DNA of 63,431 bases, the filler included, from Choristocarpus tenellus KU-1152 (lineage: Eukaryota > Protista > Phaeophyceae), in NCBI GenBank assembly GCA_964200185.2. It is 11 parts of 11 records of this genome, joined end to end, with 100 filler letters (N's around TTAATTAATTAA, not from the genome) between each part and the next. Parts side by side here need not be neighbours in the genome. Positions count along the whole stretch, not along the records: positions 48,470 to 59,718 come from CAXNAD020002428.1; positions 59,819 to 63,431 come from CAXNAD020018954.1; 9 more parts are not named here. One strand, given 5' to 3'. Below, piece by piece: positions 53,501 through 63,431 of this stretch (position 1 is the first letter of the stretch; each line of letters opens with the position of its first letter). The translations under genes were made by a program, and so were the position numbers. Below the pieces are notes generated by a model. That model saw only the letters and a list, made by a program, of their open reading frames with translations, was not told the origin of the DNA and ran no database searches.

Positions 53501-56500
53501 GTTATTATTGTAGAAGCAATATCTCTCTCACCCAGAGATGATTACTGTCTGTACCTCATGTTGGAAGATCTACGGGACAGATGTTGGAGGAGATTGCGAT
53601 GCACTCCGTATTCTATCTACAGACTCTATGTTCTTCAACCTTCGAGGTCATGGTGGTAGTCTGGACTTCCTGAATACTCTTGTCACATCATGGGACACTG
53701 GAACAAAAGACCCAAGGCCTCTCGACGACATCACAGAGGGTCGTTCCTTCATCAGGTTGGGACCTGGACTTCATAATGGAGTCACTCTGTATGTGTTGGG
53801 CAATGTTGTAATGTATAAAGGAACTTATCTCACTTGTGTGTTTAGAGTTTTTTTTTTAGACTCTAGTGTGGTAGGGGTATTTAGTGCATGTGCTGATACC
53901 TTTACGTTGCTTCTTTTATAGAAGCAAGGTCTCAAACAAGCGCTGCTCCCCTATCCTGCTTGTGCTCAACTTCAGCTGCATCAGTGAGATTGATGACGAT
54001 GAGACATGTGATGGGAGTGCCAAAAGCGAAATGGGGGAATGCCGCATGGATATTGTTGATTCAGAAATGGCTTACCTTGGCTACCAGGCATCGGAGTCGT
54101 ATGGTCTCACATGGAAGGTCAGCATCTGTCTACAGCTCATCATTATCGGGTTTTGCTTATGGACCAAACCGGTCTTGGTGGTTGGTCGTCCATTGTCCAT
54201 TCATATGTTGTCGTAGTTACCATGTGATAACTATTGTGTTGGCATGGATGTATGACTTGTCCTCCAGACTGCTTTCTCTCCCTACGTATATACGCAAATT
54301 TATCAATTCACACCTTTCATTTCCAATTGTGCACGATTGATTAGGTGCGTGGGTTTTGTGTTGACAAGTCCAACCCCGAAGTGTTTGACAATGTACAAGT
54401 TACTGGCGACATCTTGAACTCAGAAATCCACCACATGTTCTTCGGGCATTACAGGTGCGATTAGGGTTAGGGTTAGGTGCGACTAGGTGCGATCTGGTTA
54501 TTTCAATGGTTCTCCCATTTCTCTAAACTCATTACTGTACCACTCATTTTTTACTCCCCTGATTTTTGTTTCTGACATTGGAAAAATTCAGTAGCAATTT
54601 GGGTGATTTCATCACCTTGTGTATAGAGCTACATAATAAGTGCGGCCTTCCTCTCTGTGAATGCCTTGATATACACAGTATACAGGTGTTGCAATTGATA
54701 TTTGAGTACAAGATGTCAATACTATTCTTTGTGATGTTCCTATCTTTGATGTGAAATGGTCTCATCCCGTTGACTCTCCACGCTGTTTCTTGTTCAGCTA
54801 TGGGCACCAGGGAGGTGTTTGGAGCAACAATGTCGTTCATGACAATGAATGGTACGGGTTTGACCCGCATGATGACTCTGACTACCTGACCATCCACAAT
54901 AACATTGTGAGTCTGCAGCATAATGCCAATGTGGTCCAGTGCACAAATGTGCATGTGCAAGTAGTAAAGTGTGAGGTTCTTATTGCAATGTGTAGTTTAT
55001 GATAATGATTTTTTTGAAGTATTGTATGCCGAGGTATTCAAGGTGTATTTTCACGGTTCTATGGAATTGCCCTTTGTGAATTAATCTATCACTCTTGTGG
55101 CAGGTGTACAACAATGGAAAGCACGGCATAATTGCATCCAAGAGGTGTGATCATGTCTCTATTCAAAACAATGAGGTGGGCCTTTCTATTGTTAGCTAGA
55201 GCAATTCATGCGAGACGACTTTGGCTGACCCCACAATGCTGTTTTAATCCCCCAATCCTTCTTTTTATATTTGCTAGTGTGTAATATAACTATAGTTCCC
55301 ATTCCTGCAGTGGGGCAAGATGATACCTCAGAAGATTCATACAACTCACATATCGAGCAAAGCCTTTATAGTTGAGGATAAAACTGCTGAATGTCCATAT
55401 CACCCTTGCTAACAGGTGTATGATGGAGGAGAAACTGCAGCGGGGATCATGCTCCACCGCAGTGGAGACCAGTCGATTGTCAAGGGTGAGATGATGCACA
55501 TGGCACATGCACACTCCATCACAATCTTGGACAAAGTGCTCATCGTACAGCTGACTTACTCCTATGCTATTCCCAATTTGATCACACTCCAGGTAATTAC
55601 CTTCATGACATGCAGGATGCAGGAATTGCATTCTTTGAGTCCTTTGAGGGCGATATTTCCAATAACTTGATCGAGAACTGCAAGTATGGCATCCGACTTA
55701 GCATGGGAGCTGCCAACAACAATGTGTACCAAAATACGTTTGACTCCTGCTATGAGGTGAGTACACAAACAAGATAAAGAGGTTGAGTGGTATTTGAACA
55801 GTGTCTAGTTACACAGTTGAAAAGACTGTATTTGTCTTTTGTCAATGGGAATATAGGGACAGGGTATAAATTTAGTTGAGTTCATTTTGTTCTACTTTGT
55901 TCTGAAAAACCTAACAAATCCATGGACAAGTGCCTGGTTTTATGTACACAATGCCTGGCTATACCACTGATGTTGTAACCTCAACTTATTTTGTTGCTAT
56001 TGGTACGCACTTCACCTTCTCCATACTTTTACAACTAAATATAGCTGACCTTAACTTTTCTTTTTACAACTATTGTGCTATCCCGATTCTGTGTGTGTTT
56101 GTCACTTGATCAATAGTATGGGCTGTACTCCTACATGGGCACCAATGAACCCGAAGTTGAGAATAGCACTGGACGGCCGTATGCGAACATGTTCTACAGC
56201 AACACAATCTCAAACTCCCCTGGTGGTATCAGGTTCAAGAACAGTGATGACATGAGTGTCACCGGTGAGAAATTATCCTTTCTATGATGACAATCCAGGT
56301 TGAATTGTGTTTATAGTGGCTGTGTGATCTACTGCAGAGTAGCATATATATCCTGTTCTGTCAATAATGTTCCATCACCGGTTAGGGAATTTCTAACGTT
56401 CCCTTCCTCGCCTTTGCATTTTTTCTAACAGGCAACACTTTCCTTGGGACTGAAGTGATGAACTTCGATTCAGCAATTGCCACCATTTTGAGAGGAAACA

Positions 56501-56586
56501 CAATACCGGACAATGTGGACTACGAGTATGAGAACGGTGCCTGCTTTGAATCTCCCACCCAGGCTCCTGACGCTGATATCTGCTAA
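50539..56586 (+). CDS. MC5E: Mannuronan C5-epimerase (alginate-modifying, AlgG-like beta-helix), complete; exons 50539-50546, 50691-50814, 51089-51463, 51999-52397, 52762-52881, 53160-53279, 53568-53755, 53976-54117, 54345-54454, 54798-54906, 55104-55175, 55416-55485, 55593-55756, 56117-56264, 56432-56586
   Basis: Signal peptide MSRFVWISLCAASLAAA; NLRGHGGSLDF, ECRMDI.DSEMAYLGY.ASESYGLTWKVRGFC, catalytic WYGFDPHDDSD, HGIIASKRC, GIMLHRSGD; frame stays open across 14 introns. Confidence 0.95.
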
Positions 56587-58127
56587 TTGGTATCAGCATC
56601 AGAAATGTTGCAATGTGTGAGTGTTGTTGTAGACATACCTGTATCCTTGCAGCATGCTTGCAAGCGTTTCAGATCCTTGCGTTCTGACCCTATATGTGTG
56701 AACATTTTTTTGTGTGAATACTGAATATATTGTGTTGTACAACTAGATAACAGGAGCTGCCCTATGTGTGCCGTCTTCTCCCATGTTGACTCCTAATGGG
56801 GGATCATTTTCGGGCATCATCCTGAAAAGTGTTTTAGTGTGCATATTCCACGGTATATTTCCGAGGAATTTGAGTAGTGTGTGTGTGTGTGTGGTCGTTG
56901 CTGCTCAGCAGATGTCTATTATAGGTAAATCAACAGATGTTATTTTAGAAGAGATTTTTGCTAAAGTGTGTTAGTTATATATTTTGCTTGTGGTGATTAG
57001 TGAAGGTGTTAATCCTTACTTGCACCTTGCGTGTGATCGACGTGCTTTTGTATTGTGAGGCAAGTGACAGAAAGGATATGAAATTTAAGGTCGTGGTGCT
57101 GTTTCTGGGGAAGCTAAATAGCCGAGTGGTGGGATATTAGAGTTACATGAATTTGTTCCAGTTTTGGTTGAATAGTATGTTTTCCTAAGTAAATCACTTT
57201 GACTGCAATAAACTAGTTAGTAGGTGTACCACCGCCTGCCAACGACAAAGCACCAAAAAATAATAAATGCTACTTTTTAGTATTCTAGTACATACAGTGT
57301 GAAGACATACAAATGCCACTGCATAAGCTCATCTTACATTATGCACCAATGCGAATGCTACTACTATGTGTACATTTTTTAATGATCCATAATGAAAATG
57401 CTCAAAAGTCAGAATGAACGGTGTCAATCAATCGAGAGATACTTTTATTTTTATGGTCCTGAGAAAAGGCAAAAGAGAGCCAAGTCGAATTAGCATGATC
57501 TCATGGATGTGTTACAGGCGCCCCTCGATGCTCACCTTCACAGGATGTATAGCTCCAATCCACGGTCTTAAGATGATACTGATGTAGGTATAGGACTCCT
57601 GATGCACAAGTCGTCAAGTATGCTGGATCTCTTCACTTGGATTATCGTAAATAAAATGGTATAAAAAGGGACTGATCAATAATGTCGATCACAATCGGGG
57701 ACCATAATGACCAAAGAATAAATAAATAATCAAGTACAAATATATAAAATCTAGAACTTCAATGTCAAAATGGTGTTTACGAAACCGCCATCAAGAAATA
57801 TCACCTGTGACAAAATCTCAGCGGAGTTTGTGCACGAAGGAGATGCATTGCATTACCTTCGCGCCCTCTTCACCCAGGTGGTCAATTTTTCCCCTTACTC
57901 TCTGTTTTAACAATAATGGGATCACAAGAAGTAGCGAACAAGAACAAAAAATGCTGAGTCCAATCAGGATCGTGCATGTACTGCTGGTGGTGATGGATCA
58001 TGTCGTTTTTAGTACTACCAACAATGCGAATGGTAGTGGATTTGCACTAGGTAGACTACACCTTAGTTGCACATATCACTACAATGTTGCATACCGTAAG
58101 AAATAATGACCCAAATGCTGCTAGCAG

Positions 58128-58335
58128 TTGAGGCTAAGACCAGAAGAGTACGCCCTGCATTCGGGGAGGATAGGAGGGGCCACGAGACTGGCAAGCATGG
58201 GGGTACCAGAACTAGTAATACAGCGGGAAGGGAGGTGGAAGTCGAGGGCGTTTATCACATACGTGAGGACAAACCAGAAGGACCCAGTTCTAGTGTCAAA
58301 GGGTCTGGCAGAGAGCAGGAGGGATTGGGTACAAC
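58128..58335 (+). mobile_element. C-terminal fragment of a tyrosine recombinase (DIRS/Ngaro-type element relic)
   Basis: YALHSGRIGGATRLA..GV....IQREGRWKSRAFITYVR carries the HSxRxGxA, GRW and catalytic Tyr motifs. Confidence 0.85.
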
Positions 58336-58496
58336 CAGGACAGGAGGGAATGAGATGAGAGAGAAGAAATCCACCCCGAAAGGGGAGGGGAGCTCAAGTT
58401 ACGGCGGGGTAGATGTCTTCTTGGATGATCGTGGAGTGATGTTGAGTGGTGTGAGAACTGCTGTGGGATTGAGGGGAGTGGGAACTTGTGTTTGAA

Positions 58497-58695
58497 AGGA
58501 TGGCTGGCAATCAGTGACGAAGGGCATTCGCACTGGTTGGTCATGAATGGAATGGAGGGCAATCAGTGACAAAGGGCATTTGCACTGGTTGGTCACCAAA
58601 TGTGGGGATGGCTGGCAATCAGTGACGAAGGGCATTCGCACTGGTTGGTCATCCAAGGGGGATGGCTGGCAACCAGTGACGAAGGGCATTCGCAC
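58497..58695. repeat. ~55-60-bp tandem repeat x4 downstream of the recombinase fragment
   Basis: Repeated GATGGCTGGCAATCAGTGACGAAGGGCATTCGCACTGGTTGGTCA; runs into an N gap. Confidence 0.85.
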
Positions 58696-59012
58696 ANNNN
58701 NNNNGAATACACAGGGATTCATGGAATCTCGTGCCACTAACATTATATTAGTACAATGAGTGTGGAACGCAAGGCAAATAATCAATGCAAAAATTGCAAA
58801 CAATAGGAGATAAAGTAATAATAGGAGAAAATATGGCAAAAAAATGTGGTGAACACGAGTAACGCCAGCATGCGCGAAAATGGACAATGAAACAAAGAAG
58901 TACGTACTTGCCGGGGGGGAAGAGCAAGCGACACAAAAGGAATTGGAAGGTATGAAGGACATGAAAAAACATGGGGAAAGTGAAGAATATAGGAATACAC
59001 ACGACCTAATCC

Positions 59013-59700
59013 TCATCTGCTGAACGGTCGCAAAATATTCGATCGGCACACGGACGGAATGATAACAGTCATAGTTGATTTCAATAGTCTCCCGCAATAC
59101 ACCCCGTATTTCAGCGCTGGCGAACTCTGCAACTCACAATTTAGGTGGTGTGAATGCACCTTCCACGGGTGGGGCACAGTGAGCGCGATCGTGCCCTGAG
59201 GATGCATCTTAGGCTGCAAGCATTGAAGCATATCGCGCAGGTGTGTGTTGGTCGCCTCTTCGTCAATGAGGAGTCTTGGCTCGGCGGCAATGGACACTAT
59301 GGCAAGCTTTGGCGTGTTGCGGAAGGCAAAATCACCAAGTTTGTCTAAGGATATCGTGGGGTCGAGAGGGTGAAGGTCGTGTAGTGCAGTGTTCTCACTC
59401 CTGTTTGGACATCATGACACCGACACAGTAGACAGACAGCACGACAAGAAGGACAGCACGATGGAAAAAATGATGAGCAAAGAAAAGGACCACAATGGAC
59501 TTACTGTCAATGAACATAGCAAGGCAAACTCGACAACAACTTCATATATCAGAATAGTCATCAGGCGATTATGGAACAACGAAAACACTCCGTCACCCAC
59601 CGTTGGCAATTAGCCTCTCTTCTGTTTGGTTGAACTCTATGTAGATCAGCATGGTGAAAGCACGCTTGGGATCAAACAATCTCTTCAGCACCGTTATCCT
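59013..59700 (-). CDS. Possible 3' exons of an unknown gene
   Basis: Open frame 59400-59013 after a CAG acceptor (SENTALHDLHPLDPTISLDKLGDFAFRNTPKLAIV...), plus an upstream open stretch ITVLKRLFDPKRAFTMLIYIEF; no recognised motif. Confidence 0.3.
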
Positions 59701-59939
59701 ATGGTTTCCGTCCAATACNNNNNNNNNNNNNNNNNNNNNNNNNNNNNNNNNNNNNNNNNNNNTTAATTAATTAANNNNNNNNNNNNNNNNNNNNNNNNNN
59801 NNNNNNNNNNNNNNNNNNCCCCAGATACTTTGACCCAGCAGTCACAAGGTACAATTCTTTATCCTTGAAAATCCACCAGGATCAATCCCACTGAGAAGGA
59901 ATACAACTGATACTCAACTTACTGAATAAAAATACTACC

Positions 59940-62900
59940 CATAGCCCTCAAAGTTCGGCAATCCTGCGTGCCTCCAAAAACGCTCCTCCGTGGAAGGCAT
60001 AGTGAGCACAGCTGCATGCTGCTCATCTCAGTTCACGTGGATGATCTCTATCTTGCCCCCCGGTCCCTCCAGAACTGGAGTCACACATCTATGTGCTTCC
60101 TCCTGTCTGACCTCAGGAGGCTAGTAAAATGAATGCCGCCCCATGTTGTTCTCATTCACTCTGTAGCAAGACCTGAAAATATCAGATTATGCAAACTCCA
60201 GGACACCTTACGTGTCCTAGAAAGTCAAGCAGATTCTGCCCCCACACATATAACTGCACCCCCTGACACAGAACATCTATCGAAGGTCTCATTAGCAAAG
60301 TCAGCATTAGCATACGCCACCAAGTCCAGTCCTGCTTCTTGAATGCCAGTCCCAACCCCTGCCTCTCTTCAAGTTGCTTCAGAACCTGTGTGACAGCTCT
60401 CCAGTACACACTTCTCGGAGCGTGGAAATGACAGACTACAGCTCTCACGGCATTAGCCACATCTGGCCTTGTCATGTTGCTTTCCCACATTAAAACTTCC
60501 ACCTCACGAAAAGGGCGATCTTCAATCCTCCAATATATAATTTCCCTACCTGACTCACAGCTTTCTGGAAGGGGCTGCAGGGCTAGGAGTTGTTGATTGA
60601 ATAGAAAAACGACAAAAAAAAATGTCTATCTTGTCTGATTGATGAAGAGAATACCATGTTTCCAATCTCTTGTGGATGTGCAACAGGAAAACTGGGACAA
60701 CAGGCCAAGGTTCTTGGTGGGGAAATCGTCATTGATAAAGGAACAAAGATCATTGCAATTATCACTAGAAGCGAGAACCACCATGTCATCTACGTACTCA
60801 TCTACATCTACTGCAAGCAATGTCTTTACAGCACCATCCCTCCTGAGTGGAAAAAATACTAGGGCCAATCATACACTGCTCAAAATCATTGGCCAGCTTG
60901 ACATTCCAAGTCATTTCACGCTTTAATCAATCGAACTGTGGAGGCGCAAGGTTGAGTAAGAAAGATCACCTCGTCCACGTGAGGTGCATGTATACCTAAT
61001 CCAGGTCAGATAGGACAAAGGCCTGCTCTACATCAAAGTGCTACACTCTCAGTTCGCTACTCACATTCCTTGCTGGGCATCAGCCTAATAGATGGGGAGG
61101 AGGTGTAGGGGCAGAGATCTCAAAGTAACAAGGCCATTCTCATCGAGGAAAATCTGAGCAACTGGCCTACCCTTTGCCTCATTGAACATCCCAACAGATT
61201 CACTCTTACACAGTTGAACATCCCACTTGGAACCAAGTGTCAAATACCTTACGCCTTGGGGGTATTGCTGAGAGTACCTGTGTCCAACAAACTGTATCCA
61301 CTCCTTAGACACGGCCTGTTCCCATACTCTTCAGTACTTGGCATCTAACAGCAAAAATGCACTGGGTGCGCCAACACATTTGGCATCCGTATCTGCTGCT
61401 ACGTAAAAAAGAGGAGGATGAGGCCAAGAGTTGGGATATGAGCAAGATTATACAGCATGATCTCAACCATAACATCATCGTGCGAAGAAATACAACTCTG
61501 AGATGGCCCCTGATTGAGAAGGAATTCTGGCTAGCTGTAAATATCCTTTGATCACATACAAGGCTTGCAATTGAACCTGCACTTCAACGAGTTCATCATA
61601 CGCGAGGCTGCGTTGTCCCAAATCCGTCCTTCCTCGTTTGGCCACACCTAACCCTCGATACCAGACTTCTCATGAATCCCACACTTGCCTAAAGTATCGT
61701 CGCTTTTGAGAACCCCCTTTGTGACCAGCAGTGTGGAATCGCTCATGGTTGCCACTCCTGAGGACACAAACCACAGTATTTCGCGAAGATTCATCCTTGG
61801 TCACCTCGTGCCCAGTATCTTCCTCTCCTGCACCAGGTTCCTCTACGGTCAATAAGACCGAGGTACATGAATGTGGCACAACCATGACCATGTCCACGAC
61901 CACCGTACAGTAGTAGGCGCAAATCTGGCTTGGGTATGTCGACTTTGGGTGTGCACTCAGTCCTCCAGTACCTGTCACAAGGAATCTTCTCCGAACTTTT
62001 GGGATCTGATTTGGAATTATTCTCTTCCTCTTTTGTTCCACCATTTCCGCATTTTGAGGTTAACTACTGAAGTTAGTTGAGAAAATATAAATAATTTTAA
62101 TATGGTAGAATTGACCAGATTTGAAATAATAAGTTTTGAAACTACGTTGTTAATACATTGATACAAGAACTAAACAAAAAAAAATCTCTAGTCCCATACT
62201 TCGGTTCAATCGTGAAGGAATAATATATATGAGTCAGAGAATATAAAATAAGTAGGGTGACTAACTACCCTTACTTATTGAAGGAACACGTGCGGTGGTT
62301 AGGATACAATTCTGTGAAGGTTGAAGTTAAGGGGTTGGTGTTTTGGATTTGGATGTGGATGGAGTTAGGAATGTACCTTCATGTCTTACCTATACTGTGA
62401 AGTAATCAATTGAGCTTCTAGGTGTTTGAGTACTACATGCTCGCCAATGGCCTGGTTGTCCCTGCCACAAAGGCTATGTGCTGTCCGCACCAAAGCCGTA
62501 GTGAGCTCTTCACAGCAGTGTACAACTGGTTTATACCCAACACAGTGTGTAACATCCAGCACCTATTCCGAGAGTTCTTCTGTCCGAAGGAGGAGAAGGG
62601 GACAAACCCACTTTTTATGCTGACGCAACTAGATGCATTACGGGGCAAGATATTGGCATAAGATGTTGTCATTTGCGATAGAAAGGCTACCTTTCCAGTT
62701 CTTGAGTGCACTTGGAACTAATATTTTTGCGTTCCCTTGACACAATGTCCTCTACGAAGCCATCATGCATATCTCGGTGTCGTAATCAGGTCCAGGTGCA
62801 CTTAAGAACCGGAGAAGTAGCATTTATATCGCAGATGACAATCTCCATCGTGAATATCCTCCCCCGCAGTGCATCTAGCTGCGTCAGTGTAAGAAGTTGA

Positions 62901-63150
62901 TTTGTCCCCTTCTCCTCCTTAGAAGAGAAAAACTCTCAGAAAAGATCCTGACTTTTAACCAGTATTTTGGAGATAAAACCAGTCGTCCACGGTTGTGAAG
63001 AGCTCACTGGGGCTTTGACGTGTGTAGCAGATGACCTTCGTGGCGTGGCCAAAGAGGGTAACGGTGAGCGCACAGTACGCTTCTTCAGTCATCCATGTCA
63101 TTTCCACCAAATCCATCGACGAGAAGTTCCTCGTGATCGCTCCAGATTAA
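59940..63150 (-). mobile_element. Highly degenerate Ty1/Copia element(s): RT/RNaseH 59940-61340; gag pieces 61550-62045 and 62790-63150
   Basis: TRPDVANAVRAV, DADFA...SVSGGAV, KHID-like RNaseH remnant, YVDDMVV; gag pieces homologous to 32950-33750. Confidence 0.85.
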
Positions 63151-63431
63151 TTGGCCTCGAGGCCCTCAACGTAGCCAGATTGTGAGCGTACCTATAACGA
63201 ATTACGAAACGTCTTCTCTAGTCCCACTAGTCCCTCTAGTCCCACTAGTCCGAGTCGTCCATCAATTGAAGTGACTGGGTCTTCGATCCCAGCCCACACT
63301 TGCGGCGAACAATAGGTCCTCCAAAACCTTCGACTCTCAGTGCTCCAAACACTACGGTCAAAGTATCTGGGGGGGGGGAGAGCGGCGGTCGTCGAGGGTG
63401 GTTGATTGATCGGTGTGATTTTTTTTTGTAT

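Noticed and set aside
54461-54477. TTAGGG repeats as a telomere (also ~15099 and ~18690)
   Set aside because: Only two or three units, internal or intronic
58497-58695. CRISPR-like array
   Set aside because: Junction sequences are only ~10-15 bp and related to each other; an ordinary tandem repeat next to a transposon relic
1-63431. Cell-wall gene cluster (sulfotransferase plus epimerase) or any multi-gene system across the window
   Set aside because: The genes lie on different contigs joined by artificial spacers, so there is no evidence of linkage

Overview
Eukaryotic, intron-rich DNA, almost certainly from a brown alga (Phaeophyceae): it carries a brown-algal-type mannuronan C5-epimerase. 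The window is not one locus. It is 11 short contigs joined by an artificial 100-bp spacer (N44-TTAATTAATTAA-N44), so adjacency across spacers means nothing biologically. Spliced genes reconstructed by eye: a partial sulfotransferase, a partial unknown protein, complete RPL14, partial NUP58, a partial ATP6AP2-like gene head-to-head with partial POLR3E, a Zn-ribbon/RING-H2 E3 ligase, and a complete 15-exon mannuronan C5-epimerase with two tandem Cys-rich N-terminal modules. The remainder is mostly decayed transposable elements: Copia relics with nested solo LTRs, LINE fragments, a tyrosine-recombinase fragment, and an abundant short element family with AAAGTATCT-cored terminal inverted repeats. 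I see no convincing new multi-gene system. The best leads are the epimerase domain architecture, the TIR element family and an AT-rich decayed ORF.
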